From Mustelus asterias (taxonomy: Eukaryota), in the NCBI RefSeq assembly GCF_964213995.1, contig NC_135808.1:31062001-31126000 (forward strand): a stretch of DNA of 64,000 nt. The letters run 5' to 3'. The notes beneath the pieces were generated by a model, which did no database searches, was not told the DNA's origin, and saw only the letters and a list, made by a program, of their open reading frames with translations. Made by a program: the position numbers and the translations under genes. Below, one piece after another: positions 36,897-49,912 of the stretch; positions within the stretch are counted from its first letter, which is position 1, and each line of letters begins with the position of its first letter.

Positions 36897-37429
36897 TCAT
36901 ATTACTAAGTGGTGCAACTTAAGAGGCTCGGAATTTGTATCAGCATCACCCATATCAAGAGCAAAAAATGGAAAGAGCTTCTCGATGAATGTGTTAGTGT
37001 AAGTGGCAAGATGAGACATATCATCAGCATTGTAAAAAGACAATTGCCCTCGCTCATAGTCCAGGTAAACTCCGATAGTCGTGGGCTCCGCGATCAATTT
37101 GAGAATCTCATCAGTCGCATATTCATCTCCACCTGTCAACGACAGGGTCCAGTATCCATTTTCAGGGACAGGATCGATTTCACCCTTTCGATTGGCTGAC
37201 TCCGTTGCCACACCAACAACCCAGTCAGTGATGTCCCCCACCTCTACCTCCCAGTAATGTGTTCCCGTTGTGAACCCCTCTGATCCCAAGATGCAAGGGC
37301 ACTCATCGAAACTTTCCGGATTGCAATGAGTCGATACTTCCTCGTCAGTGGACTCCATGCTGGTCAGGTCATCAGATAGGAGAAGCTGAGGGTGTGCTGT
37401 GTCTGGGTCAAAGGTCAGTGGTGCTGGAA
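36897..37429 (-). CDS. TRIM exon 6: PRY-SPRY (B30.2) domain and stop
   Basis: Motifs LTFDPDTAHP, GTHYWEVEV, IGVYLDYERGQLSFYN, LFPFF. Phase-1 acceptor tttcctccaag, with an in-frame alternative AG 6 nt further on. TGA at 36897-36899. Confidence 0.95.
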
Positions 37430-37634
37430 CTTGGAGGAAATAAAAATACTGAAGTTAAGTACTACACACGAACAAATATAAACAATGGTTATTAATTTTT
37501 AGCAGGTCATTCTCATTTAATGGAAAAATGTGCCTTTCCAATTAAAAGCTAATACATGTTCCCTCAGGAAATTCAAGTTGGGTTTAAAATTAGCAGTATC
37601 CTCGCAGTTATAGGCCCCAACAAATTTCAATTGC

Positions 37635-38685
37635 TTAGTAGACAGGAAACAAAGAGTGGGAATAAATAAGTGGCAGGCAGTGACTAGTGGGATCCCACAA
37701 GAATCAGTGCTTGGTCCCTAGCTTTTCACAATATACATCAACGATTTGGATGCAGGAAGCAAAAATAATATTTCGAAGTTTGCTAATGACATGAAACTCG
37801 GTGGGAAGGTGAGTGGTGAGGATGATGTTAAGAGGTTTCAAAGTGATTTAGACAAGCTGAGTGAGTGGGCAAAAACTTGGCAGCTGCAGTGTGATGTAGA
37901 TAAATGTGAAGTTATCCACTTCGGACAGAGAAATAGAATGGAAGAGTATTATTTAAATGGTGATAAATTGGGAAATGTTAATATATAAAGGAACCTGGGT
38001 GTGCTAGTACACCAGTCACTGAAAACAAGCATGCAGGTACAGCAAGCAGTTAGGAAAGCAAATGGTATGTTGGCCTTCATTACAAGAGGACTTGCATGCG
38101 GGAAGCAACTGTACAGGGTCCAGGTGAGACCACACCTGGAGTATTGTGTGCAGTTTTGGTCTCCTTACCTAAGGAAGGATATACTTGCCATAGAGGGAGT
38201 GCAGCGAAGGCTCACCAGACTGATTCCAGGGAGAGCAGAATTGTCATTTGAAGGAAGATTGTGTCAACTGGGTCTGTATTCACAGGAGTTTAGAAGAATG
38301 AGAAGGGATCTAATTAAAACATATAAAATTCTGATAGGGCTGGACAGACTGGATGCTAGGATATTGTTTCCTCTGGCTGGGGTGGTCCAGAACAAGGGGT
38401 TACCGTTGCAGGATGCAAAGTAGATCATTTAGGTCATTGAGGCGAGGAGAAACATCTTCACTCAGGGAGTGGTGAGCCTGTGGAATTCTCTACCACAGAA
38501 GGCTGAGGAGGCCAAATCACTGAATATATTTAAGAAGAATATAGTTAGATTTCTGGAATCTAAGGGTGTCAAGGGATATGGGAGAGCAGGGGAATATAAT
38601 GTTGAAAAAGCAGATCAGCCATGATCATACTGAAAGGCGGAGCAGGCTCAAACGGCTGAGTTCTGCTCCAATCTTCTGTTTCTAA
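37635..38685 (+). mobile_element. CR1 LINE 3' portion in TRIM intron 5
   Basis: RT C-terminal motifs (KCEVIHFG, RPHLEYCVQFWSP). Confidence 0.9.
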
Positions 38686-39143
38686 AAGGACAGAATATTG
38701 AACTGTATTTATAGCAAGTTGCTGATGCCTTATATCCTGTTTCATGTCAGCCCCTCAGGCAGATTTCTTTTGAAATTAAGAGGACAAATTCTGATAGCTT
38801 CAATTTGAATGAAATTTACAGAAATGCGGAAAATCACTTTTCCACAGCTGACTGCAAGAGTTAGAGCCCCTAAAGATAAAGGGATATTGGGAATTGTGAA
38901 AATTAGAATTCTGAACACCCTGTCGTGCTGGTTTGTCCAGACTGCAGTACTAAGTGGGTGATACTCCACAAAACAACTGTGATAAACCCTCCCTAATATT
39001 ACATTCCATTCAAAATCAATGCAGTTGGTATGTATCCGAGCAACATAATCACAGACAGGGTAAGCAGGAAGTTCCTTCATCCTAACTCAAACACATCATA
39101 GCCATTTTACATCAGGTTAGGTAAATGGTAGGTAATGTCTCAC

Positions 39144-39370
39144 CAGGAGAAATGATCCCTTTCATTTCTTTCCATATTGCATACAGCAAAGGACCCCTGA
39201 ACATTCCCGGTATCAGGATGCTGAATCCCACCGTTTCGTCATCATGTTCTTCGGATCCACTCCCACTTTCTTCATCACTGCCCTCACTTTCGTCTTCATC
39301 ATCATCTTCATCATCATCTTCTTCACTTTCCTCATCTCCTTCGTTTCCATTTTCTTCATCCCCAAGACAT
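39144..39370 (-). CDS. TRIM exon 5 (linker with poly-Asp/Glu tract, ending GPLLYAIWKEMKGIISP)
   Basis: 227-nt phase 2-1 exon. Acceptor caattcag, donor G|gtgaga. Carries the conserved pre-PRY F.GP..Y..WKEM motif. Confidence 0.92.
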
Positions 39371-39459
39371 CTGAATTGGATTGGCAAAATTGGTTACATT
39401 TCTGAAAATAAGGCTACAGCTTAGTTGCGTGTAAAATTTTGTGTCTAAATCATACACAC

Positions 39460-39482
39460 CTTTCTGGCAATCGTTTCATTTC
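39460..39482 (-). CDS. TRIM exon 4 (23-nt micro-exon, EMKRLPE-R)
   Basis: Acceptor ctttctttttatatacag, donor AG|gtgtgt. A 23-nt phase 0-2 exon is characteristic of B30.2 TRIM genes and restores the frame. Confidence 0.88.
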
Positions 39483-39643
39483 CTGTATATAAAAAGAAAG
39501 ATCAAATGTGAATTGCATTGTTTTAGGATATGGCACAACTTCTACTTTATAATGTATTTCAATCACTGGGTAAGATGATAAGATCTACTGTGAAACTGGA
39601 TAAATAGTTCTGGCGATTTGAAATTAGACACCTTAGTCGCAAT

Positions 39644-39848
39644 AGATAAGAGGTCACATGACTCCAGGTTATAGTCCAAGATGTTTATTTGAAATCACAA
39701 GCTTTCAGGGTGTTGCTCCTTCGTTAGGTGAAGGACGAAACAGCAGCGCTCTGAAAGCTTGTGATTTCAAATAAACCTGTTGGACTATTAGCTGGTGTCT
39801 TGTGACATCTCATCTTACACACCCCAGTCCAACACCAGCATCTCCACA
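39644..39848. mobile_element. Penelope-derived fold-back mini-element, family A
   Basis: About 90-bp inverted arms, degenerate hammerhead cores, TSD ttagtMgcaat. Confidence 0.75.
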
Positions 39849-40139
39849 TTAGTAGCAATGGAACAAACTAGGCATTCATTCAGGCACTGGCTCCTTTGCC
39901 TATTAATAACTATCTGTAATAAATGTATGAACTGTTCAGGAGAGCCATCCCAAATTTGTCATGGTTGAATGATGTCTAGCTTACCTAAGAGAATTCGACT
40001 AGGAGGTTACCAACATGTTGGTTGATGAGTGACTATGGAATTTATTAACATGGACATCCAGAGGGCATTCAAACAGGTTCTGCACAAGAGACCATCAGAG
40101 AAACTTAAAGTGTATGAATTTGGAAGAATCAATTAACAT

Positions 40140-40495
40140 GGTGGCATGTTGGCATGGTGGCACAGTAGTTAACACTACTGCCTCACAGTGCCAGGGACCC
40201 GGGTTCAATTCCGGCCATGGGTGAAGATGTGGACTTTGCACATTCTCCCCGTCTCTATGTGGGATTCCTCCAGGTGCTCCAGTTTACTCCCACAGTCCAA
40301 AGATGTGCAGATTAGGGTGTATTGGTCATGCTAAATTGCCCCTTAGTGTCCAAAGATGTACAGGTTTAGATGGATTAGCCACGGTAAATGTATGGGGTTA
40401 CAGGGATAGGGCAGGAGTGGGCCTGGGTAAGATGCTTTTTCGGAGAGTTGGTGCAGACTTGATGAGCCAAATGGCCTCTTTCTGCACTGTAGGTA
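40140..40495 (+). mobile_element. Older HE1-like SINE
   Basis: A/B boxes, V core and tail. Confidence 0.85.
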
Positions 40496-40793
40496 ATGTA
40501 TGAAAAGGGGGTATTCTAAGACAGGAGATTTGATTAGATATGAGGATACAGAGAGTCGGGATATGCATCCATATTTAAATTGGCAGGGTATGACTATTGG
40601 TTTTCCCAACTGATCTGCCCTAGGACTTGAGGTTTTATCACATTGAGCACTGATATCAAGGAATAGAATGCCATATATTCAAATTTGCTGATGCCAATAG
40701 GTTACGTGGTACAGGAAGTAGTACAGATGGGAACAGGCATCATAGAATCCCTACAGTGCAGAAGGAGGCCATTCAACCCATCCAACCTGCACC

Positions 40794-43700
40794 AAAAAGG
40801 AGGAGGAGGCAGTAGTAATAGGGGACTCTATAGTGAGGGGGTCGGACAGGTGATTCTGTGGATGCAGACAAGAAACTCAGATGGTAGTTTGCCTCCCTGG
40901 TGCCAGGATCCGGGATGTTTCTGATCGCGTCCAAGATATCCTGAAGTGGCAGGGAGAAGAGCCAAAGGTCATGGTACATATTGGTACCAATGCCATAGGT
41001 AGGAAAAGGGAAGAGGTCCTGAAAGGAGAATATAGGGAGTTGGGAAGGGAGTTGAGAAGAAGGACCGCAAAAGTAGTAATCTCGGGATTGCTGCCTGTGC
41101 CACGCGACAGTGAGAGTAGGAATGGAATGAGGTGAAGGATAAATGCGTGGCTGAGGGATTGGAGCAGGGGGCAGGGGTTCAGGTTTTTGGATCATTGGGA
41201 CCTCTTTTGGGGCAGGTGTGACCTGTACAATAAGGACGGGTTGCACTTGAATCCCAGGGGAACAAATATCCTGGCGGGGAGGTTTGCTAAGGCTACTGGG
41301 GAGAGTTTAAACTAGTATGGTTGGGGGGTGGGAATCAAATTGAAGTGACTGGGAGAGAGGAGGTTAGCTCACAAATAGAGAAAGCTTGCCGACAGTGTGA
41401 GAGGGAGGATAGGCAGGTGATAGAGAAGGGGAGCATCAGACCGAAGTTTTGAAATGTGTCTATTTTAACATGAACAAAGTGGATGAGCTTAGAGCGTGGA
41501 TCACTACTTGGAAATATGATGTGGTGGCCATTACAGAGACTTGGATGACTCAGGGACAGGACTGGTTACTTCAAGTGCCGGGTTTCAGATGTTTCAGAAG
41601 GGACAGGGAAGGAGGCAAAAGAGGTGGGGGAGTGGCACTGTTGATCAGAGATAGTGTCACGGCTGCAGAAAAGATGGACACCATGGAGGGATTGTCTACG
41701 GAGTCTCTGTGGGTGGAGGTTAGGAACAGGAAGGGGTCAATAGCTTTACTGGGTGTTTTCTATAGGCCGCCCAATCGTAACAGGGATGTTGAGGAGCAGA
41801 TAGGGAAACAGATCCTGGAAAGGTGTAATAATAACAGAATTGTCGTGATGGGAGATTTTAATTTCCCAAATATTGATTGGAATCTCCCTAGAGTAAGGGG
41901 TGTAGATGGGGAGGAGTTTGTTAGGTGTGTTCAGGAGGGTTTCTTGACACAGTATGTAGATAAACCTACAAGAGGAGAGGGTGTACTTGATTTGGTATTG
42001 GGAAATGAACCTGGTCAGGTGTCAGATCTCTCAGTGGGAGAGCATTTTGGAGATAGTGATCATAATTCTATCTCCTTTACAATAGCATTGGAGAGAGATA
42101 GGATCAGACAAGTTAGAAAAGTGTTTAATTGGAGTAAGGGGAATTATGACGCTATCAGGCAGGAAATTGGAGGCTTAAATTGGAAAGAGGTTTTCTCAGG
42201 GAAATGTACGGAAGAAATGTGGCAAATTTTCAGGGAATATTTGTCTGGAGTTCTGCATAGCAACATTCCAATGAGACAGGGAAGTTATGGTAGGTTACAG
42301 GAACCGTGGTATACAAAAGCTGTAATGAATCTAGTCAAGAAGTAAAGAAAAGCTTACAAAAGGTTCAGGGAGCTAGGTAATGTTAGAGATCCAGAAGAGT
42401 ATACGGCTAATAGGAAGGATCTTAAGAAGGAAATTAGGAGAGCCAGAAGGGCTCATGAGAAGGCCTTGGCAGGCAGGATGAAGGAAAACCCCAAGGCATT
42501 CTACAAGTATGTGAAGAGCAAGAGGATAAGACGTGAAAGAATAGGACCTATCAAGTGTGACGGTGAGAAAGTTTGTATGGAACCGGAGGAAATGGCAGAG
42601 GTACTTAATGAATACTTTACTTCAGTATTCACTATGGAAAAGGATCTTGGTGGTTGTCGTGCAAACTTGCAGCGGACTGAAAAGCTTGAGCATGTAGATA
42701 TTAAGAAAGAGGATGTGTTGGAGCTTTTGAAAAGCATCAAGTTAGATAAGTCACCGGGACCGGATGAGATGTACCTCAGGCTACTGTGGGAGGCGAGGGA
42801 AGAGATTGCTGAGCCTCTGGCGATGATCTTTGCATCATCAATGGAGACGGGAGAGGTTCCGGAAGATTGGAGGATTGCGGGTGTTGTTCCTTTATTCAGG
42901 AAAGGAAGTAGAGATAGCCCTGGAAATTATAGACCAGTGAATCTAACCTCAGTGGTTGGTAAGTTGATGGAGAAGATCCTGAGAGGCAGGATTTATGAAC
43001 ATTTGGAGAGGTATAATATGATTAAGAATAGTCAGCATGGCTTTGTCAAAGGCAGATCGTGCCTTACGAGCCTGATTGAATTTTTTGAGGATGTGACTAA
43101 ACACATTGATGAAGGAAGAGCAGTAGATGTAGTATATATGGACTTCAGCAAGGCATTTGATAAGGTGCCCCATGCAAGGCTTATTGAGAAAGTGAGGGGG
43201 CATGGGATCCAAGGAGACATTGCTTTGTGGATCCAGAACTGGCTTGCCCACAGAAGGCAAAGAGTGGTTATAGATGGGTCATATTCTGCATGGAGGTCGG
43301 TCACCAGTGGAGTGCCCCAGGGATCTGTTCTGGGACCCTTACTCTTTGTGATTTTTATCAATGACCTGGATGAGGAAGTGGAGGGATGGGTTAGTAAGTT
43401 TGCTGATGACACAAAGGTTGGAGGTGTTGTGGGTAGTGTGGAGGGATGTCAGAAGTTGCAGCGAGACATTGATAGGATGCAAGACTGGGCGGAGAAATGG
43501 CAGATGGAATTCAACCCAGATAAGTGTGAGGTGGTTCATTTTGGCAGGTCAAATAGGATGGTGGAATATAATATTAATGGTAGGACTCTTGGCAGTGTGG
43601 AAGATCAGAAGGATCTTGGGGTCCGAGTTCATAGGACGCTCAAAGCAGCTGTGCAGGTTGAGGCTGTGGTTAAGAAGGCGTATGGTGTACTGGCCTTCAT

Positions 43701-44310
43701 CAATCGAGGAATTGAGTTTAGGAGTCGTGAGATAATGTTGCAGCTATATAGGACCCTGGTCAGACCCCACTTGGAGAACTGTGCTCAGTTCTGGTCGTCT
43801 CATTACAGGAATGATGTGGAAGCCATAGAAAGGGTGCAGAGGAGATGTACAAGGATGTTGCCTGGGTTGAGGAGCATGCCTTATGAGGATAGGTTGAGTG
43901 AGCTCGGCCTTTTCTCCTTGGAGAGACGAAGGATGAGGGGTGACCTGATAGAGGTGTATAAGATGTTGAGAGGTATTGATCGAGTGGACAGTCAAAGGCT
44001 TTTTCCTAGGGCTGAAATGGTTGCCACAAGAGGACACAGGTTTAAGTTGCTGGGGAGTAGGTACAGAGGAGATGTCAGGGGTAAGTTTTTCACTCAGAGG
44101 GTGGTGGGTGCGTGGAATGGGCTGCCAGCAACAGTGGTGGAGGCGGATTCGATAGGGTCTTTTAAGAGACTTTTAGATAAGTACATGGAACTTAGTAAGA
44201 TAGAGGGTTATAGGTAAGCCTAATAATCGCTAAGGTAGGACATGTTCGGCTCAACTTTGTGGGCTGAAAGGGCTTTATTGTGCTGTACTTTTTCTTTGTT
44301 CTATGTTTCT
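40794..44310 (+). mobile_element. Near full-length CR1/HER1-like LINE (ORF1 esterase fragment, ORF2 APE endonuclease + RT) in TRIM intron 3
   Basis: AVVIGDSIVRG esterase motif. APE ORF 41449-42345 and RT ORF 42466-44217 (QGSVLGP, FADD) are in the same frame, split by one TAA. Inserted within a minus-strand SINE fragment. Confidence 0.95.
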
Positions 44311-45422
44311 AACTCTCCAACAGAGCATCTTACCCAGGCCCTATCCCTGTAACCCCATGTATTTGTCCCGTTAATAAATAATGCAATCAGGAAATTGCAA
44401 TAGGGCATTGATAGATTAAATGAGTAAACTAAACTGTGATAAGTGGTGTCCAATGTGAGAAAATGGGAGACTATCCATTTTGGATGCAAGGAATATAAAT
44501 ACAAATATTTTTGAAATGTTAAGAAGCTATGAAGTGGATGACCAGAAAGATTCATGGATCTATGTCGGGAATTTACATAAAAGTTAGTAAAGAGTAAGGA
44601 AACAATTTAAAAACCCAATGAAATTTTGGGCTTTATCTCAAGGGGCATCAATACAGAAGATATTACGTTTATAAAGGCTTGGTTAGACTCCATGTGCAAT
44701 ATTAATGGACACAGTTATTAATGGACAGTTATGACACAGCATCTCAGCACAGGTATATTTGCCTTGAATCAGCTGTAGCACACATTCTCCATAATGATAC
44801 TCGAGCTGGTTAAATTATAAGGACGGTGACTTAGTTGTGGTGTTTAATATGATTAAATGATTTGACACGGTGCAGACTTCAGAACTAGAACGCCTAACCA
44901 TATAATTGAGACTGATAGTTTTACGTTTGGAAAGGATATCAAGAGATATGCAACCAAGGTGCAAAAATTGGTTTAAATTTCAGATCAGCCCTGATCTAAC
45001 TGAACAGGTTTGAAGGAATGAATGGTCCACTCAGGTTCACATGATCTGATCTGTAATCTCACACTGTGTTCACTTCCAAGTAACCACTTTCTACTTTCTA
45101 CTCTCATGTTTTGACACATTTCTATGTTGCTTGTGCATTAAAAATTCCTATGTGCACATCTCTGAGTCACACTGTAATTCCACCCTCCAGCCAGTGGGGG
45201 CAGTGCAGTGCCTCGGTTTTGTAGCAGGGCCTCTAAGAGGGGAATGGTGGAGCATGTTCTCTGCTCTAAAGACTCATTTCTTCCTAAATTGATCTAATTT
45301 GTGCTAATTAACCATAAATATTATTATTAATACATTACCTTAAAATAGTTTGAATTATATCTGTGCATACAGGCCATATTGTCCATTGCCCTGCTGCACC
45401 TGAAATCCACACTGCTGGCTTA

Positions 45423-47288
45423 AGGGGCTTCGGAGAGCTAGGAGGGGACATGAGAAGTCCTTGGCGGGTCGGATCAAGGAAAACCCCAAGGCTTTTTACT
45501 CTTATGTGAGGAATAAAAGAATGACCAGGGTGAGGTTAGGGCCGGTCAAGGACAGTAGTGGGAACTTGTGTATGGAGTCAGTAGAGATAGGCGAGGTGAT
45601 GAATGAATACTTTTCTTCAGTGTTCACCAAGGAGAGGGGCTATGTTTTTGAGGAAGAGAAGGTGTTACAGGCTAGTAGGCTGGAGGAAATAGATGTTCGG
45701 AGGGAGGATGTACTGGCAGTTTTGAATAAACTGAAGGTCGATAAGTCCCCTGGGCCTGATTAAATATATCCTAGGATTCTTTGGGAGGCAAGGGATGAGA
45801 TTGCAGAGCCTTTGGCTTTGATCTTTGGGTCTTCACTGTCCACGGGGATGGTGCCAGAGGACTGGAGAGTGGCGAATGTTGTTCCTCTGTTTAAGAAAGG
45901 GAATAGAAATGACCCTGGTAATTATAGACCGGTTAGTCTTACTTCGGTGGTTGGCAAATTGATGGAAAAAGTCCTTAGGGATGGGATTTACGACCATTTA
46001 GAAAGATGCGGATTAATCCGGGATAGTCAGCACGGATTCGTAAAGGGCAAGTCGTGCCTCACAAATTTGATTGAATTTTTTGAGGAGGTAACTAAGTGTG
46101 TTGATGAAGATAGGGCAGTTGATGTCATATACATGGATTTTAGTAAGGCGTTTGATAAGGTCCCCCATGGTCGGCTTATGATGAAAGTAAGGAGGTGTGG
46201 GATAGAGGGAAAGTTGGCCGATTGGATAGGTAACTGGCTATCTGATCGAAGACAGAGGGTGGTGGTGGATGGAAAATTTTCAGACTGGAGGCAGGTTGCT
46301 CGCAGAGTGCTACAGGGATCAGTGCTTGGTCCTCTGCTCTTTGTGATTTTTATTAATGACTTAGAGGAGGGGGCTGAAGGGTGGATCAGTAAATTTGCTG
46401 ATGACACCAAGATTGGTGAAGTAGTGGAAGAGGTGGAGGGCTGTTGTAGGCTGCAAAGAGACATAGATAAGATGCAAAGCTGGGCTGAAAAATGGCAAAT
46501 GGAGTTTAACCCTGATAAATGTGAGGTGATTCATTTTGGTAGGACTAATTTAAATGTGGATTACAGGGTCAAAGGTAGGGTTCTGAAGACTGTGGAGGAA
46601 CAGAGAGATCTTGGGGTCCATATCCACAGATCTCTAAAGGTTGCCACTCAAGTGGATAGAGCTGTGAAGAAGGCCTGTAGTGTGTTAGCTTTTATTAACA
46701 GGGGGTTGGAGTTTAAGAGCCATCGGGTTATGCTGCAACTCTACAGCACCTTGGTGAGATCACATTTGGAATATTGTGTGCAGTTCTGGTCACCTCACTA
46801 TAAGAAGGATGTGGAAGCGCTGGAAAGAGTGCAGAGGGATTTACCAGGATGCTGCCTGGTTTGGAGGGTAGGTCTTATGAGGAAGCTAGGGCTGTTCTCT
46901 CTGGAGTGGAGAAGGCTGAGGGGAGACTTAATAGAGGTTTATAAAATGATGAAGGGGATAGAAAGAGTGAACGTTCAAAGACTATTTCCTCGGGTGGATG
47001 GAGCTATTACAAGGGGGCATAACTATTGGGTTCATGGTGGGAGATATAGGAAGGATATTAGAGGTAGGTTCTTTACACAGAGAGTGGTTGGGGTGTGGAA
47101 TGGACTGCCTGCAGTGATAGTGGAGTCAGACACTTTAGGAACATTTAAGCAGTTATTGGATAGGCACATGGAGCACACCAGGATGATAGGGAGTGGGATA
47201 GCTTGATCTTGGTTTCAGATAAAGCTCGGCACAACATCGTGGGCCGAAGGGCCTGTTCTGTGCTGTACTGTTCTATGTTCTATGTTCT
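45423..47288 (+). mobile_element. 5'-truncated CR1 LINE (RT region and 3' end)
   Basis: ORFs 45461..45763 and 45812..47206 with RT motifs; (tgttcta)n tail. Confidence 0.95.
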
Positions 47289-47672
47289 TAATTTTAACAT
47301 CCTGTCCATTTTAAATGAAAGACTGAGTGTCTCTGTTAACCACTGTTGCAGCATGTTCATTGATTCTTCCAAATTCACACACTTTCAATCCATTTTGCAC
47401 TTGATGGCTGCAGTTCATGGCCATTGGAACTTTAACAGTTGGGCCTTGCTAAATTACTACTCTTTTGCCCATATGAAATCAACTGCGACCTTCTGGAAAA
47501 TTAGCTGAATTTGACCACACGTTCACATTTGAACAAGTGTCTAATTGGTACTTGAGGTGAGTTCTTACGATGGGAAAGGGGGGAACCTGGAGTGGTGGAG
47601 GCCTCGGTTACCCTCATGAAGCTAAAAAGAGCAGTTCAAACATTTACACATCTCTTCCCTTTTCTCCATCCT

Positions 47673-47763
47673 AGTACAAAGTCTCACAACACCAGGTTAA
47701 AGTCCAACAGGTTTATTTGGAATCACGAGCTTTTGGAGCGCTGCTCCTTCATCAGGTGAGTCA
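47673..47763 (-). mobile_element. Penelope-derived mini-element, family A (hammerhead with GAAA changed to AAAA)
   Basis: Minus strand tcac-ctgatga-aggagcagcgctcc-aaaagctc-gtga; TSD tttMtccatcct. Confidence 0.75.
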
Positions 47764-48638
47764 TTTATCCATCCTTTAATTCCTTCTCCTCGTGGAAATT
47801 CAATAATGTTGCTGCTCATGCTGTCATTTCTAATGGAGCTGTTTATATCACTAGATGCCTATTAAGAAGAAGGAATGAACGATTCCACTGGTGTTGGGCA
47901 AAGGGCATCTGTTAAAATGCCAGGCTCTGGGTGACATTTTAACTGCCCGCCAATTTCTGACAAACAAATATGGTTGAAATTTCTCCTCCCATGACTGAGT
48001 ATCTACATTATTAATCTATTGAATTCACACTTGCTCATTCCCTCCAATCAAGAAGCTCAGTTTCAGCTTTCAATCTCCAAATATTTACTTTCTCTTCAAT
48101 AAACTGTAATCTTTGTATGAATCTCAAGTGAATTTAAGATTTAGACCATGCCCAGATCGGGTCAGCCGCTTTATTAGTCTAGGGACAGTTTTTGGATGCA
48201 GGATTCCTTCAGCTTTCCTCATGTCGATGCTGGGAGACATTGGGTGGGATTTTACGGTCCGAAGGTGGGTCCCCCAGCAGTGGGAGGGGCAAGCCGTGCA
48301 AAATACTGTAGCCATCGGTGTGACCAGAAGATCCCACTGGCAGCCAATGGCAAGCCACCTCTGCTGCCAAGGGGTTGTATGGGTGGGGGAGGGGGGAATC
48401 CCACTGATCATTTCCTCACTTATTGACCAAAATCCTCCTCAAATAATATTCTGTTACCAATAGTCAAGATTGGTCAAGATTCTCTGCAAATTTCTGTTAT
48501 AATCATGTGAAAATATGGCACGTTTTTGAAAAAACAGAAGCACTTTCCCTTTAACATAATCACCTGATCTCACTGATCATTCAAGTTACCTGGAACAGTG
48601 AGTTTGCATAGTGTTACAATGAGTTTGCATAGTGTTAC

Positions 48639-48872
48639 CTTGAGAAAAATGATGCTGTCTTCCTGGTGAATGACAGCCTGAAGGTTCGATATATCCTCTT
48701 TGAGGGACTTTAATTCTTCATCAATTGCTGCTAAGTTATTCTCCATTAATTGAAAATCTTCCCCTCGTTGATCCTTGAGTTTTTCAATCAAGCTTGTTTC
48801 TTTGTCTTGAAGATATTGACGGATTTTGGCAAATTGTTCAGAGATGTGTTGCTCCAGGGATCCTGTGAGTTC
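48639..48872 (-). CDS. TRIM exon 3 (coiled coil, ELTGSLEQHISEQFAKIRQYL...QEDSIIFLK)
   Basis: 234-nt phase 0-0 exon. Acceptor caacttag, donor AAG|gtaaca. Overlaps ORF 48570..48791. Confidence 0.92.
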
Positions 48873-49066
48873 CTAAGTTGGTGAGAGACAACATGAGGAA
48901 TGGGGTGTATGAAATTCAGCCAGGCATTAGTGGTTGAGTTAAACTACTCATTGGCCATTTGTTAAAATGGATATAGAATTCAAAAGTCAACCAGTACGAT
49001 ACTCCACGACAGCGCAAGTTAGATTTCTACCCAGCATTGTTCAAATGTTAGTCTGATTGGACTTAC

Positions 49067-49162
49067 ATCCAGTTCTGCAATCTTCTCCTTCTGGCGATGT
49101 TTCTGCTCATTTTTATATTTCTCTTTGTCCTCCAAAGAATTCAAAGAGGATTTCAACTGGAT
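49067..49162 (-). CDS. TRIM exon 2 (coiled coil, IQLKSSLNSLEDKEKYKNEQKHRQKEKIAELD)
   Basis: 96-nt phase 0-0 exon, the typical size for this TRIM exon. Acceptor cctttgtcag, donor gtaagt, open frame. Confidence 0.92.
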
Positions 49163-49280
49163 CTGACAAAGGAAACAGATCTTGTCAAAAGTTATCGCTT
49201 TTTAAATAAATTTCTTTATTGTAATGAATAGTGAGTTTAGAATGAGGACAATAGATTCACTTTGCTTCCAACTCAAAGAC

Positions 49281-49912
49281 TGGTTTGGAGGGTAGGTCTT
49301 ATGAGAAAAGGTTGAGGGAGCTGGGGCTGTTCTCTCTGGAGCGGAGGAGGCTGAGGGGAGACTTGATAGAGGTTTATAAAATGATGAAGGGGATAGATAG
49401 AGTGAACGTTCAAAGACTATTTCCTCGGGTGGATGGAGCTATTACAAGGGGGCATAACTATAGGGTTCGTGGTGGGAGATACAGGAAGGATATCAGAGGT
49501 AGGTTCTTTACGCAGAGAGTGGTTGGGGTGTGGAATGGACTGCCTGCAGTGATAGTGGAGTCAGACACTTTGGGCGACACGGTAGCACAGTGGTTAGCAC
49601 TGCTGCTTCACAGCTCCAGGGATCTGGGTTCGATTCCCGGCTTGGGTCACTGTCTGTGTGGAGTTTGCACATTCTCCTCGTGTCTGCGTGGGTTTCCTCC
49701 GGGTGCTCCGGTTTCCTCCCACAGTCCAAAGATGTGTGGGTTAGGTTGATTGGCCGTGCTAAAATTGCCCCTTAGTGTCCTGAGATGTGTAGGTTAGAGG
49801 GATTAGCGGGTAAATATGTCGGGATATGGGCGTAGGGCCTGGGTGGGATTGTGGTCGGTGCAGACTCGATGGGCCGAATGGCCTCCTTCTGCACTGTAGG
49901 GTTTCTATGATT
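49281..49912 (+). mobile_element. CR1 fragment (49281-49571) fused to a full HE1 SINE (49572-49912)
   Basis: LINE part is highly similar to 46858-47140 and joins the SINE 5' end directly; flanked by gactgg/gaccgg. Confidence 0.85.
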
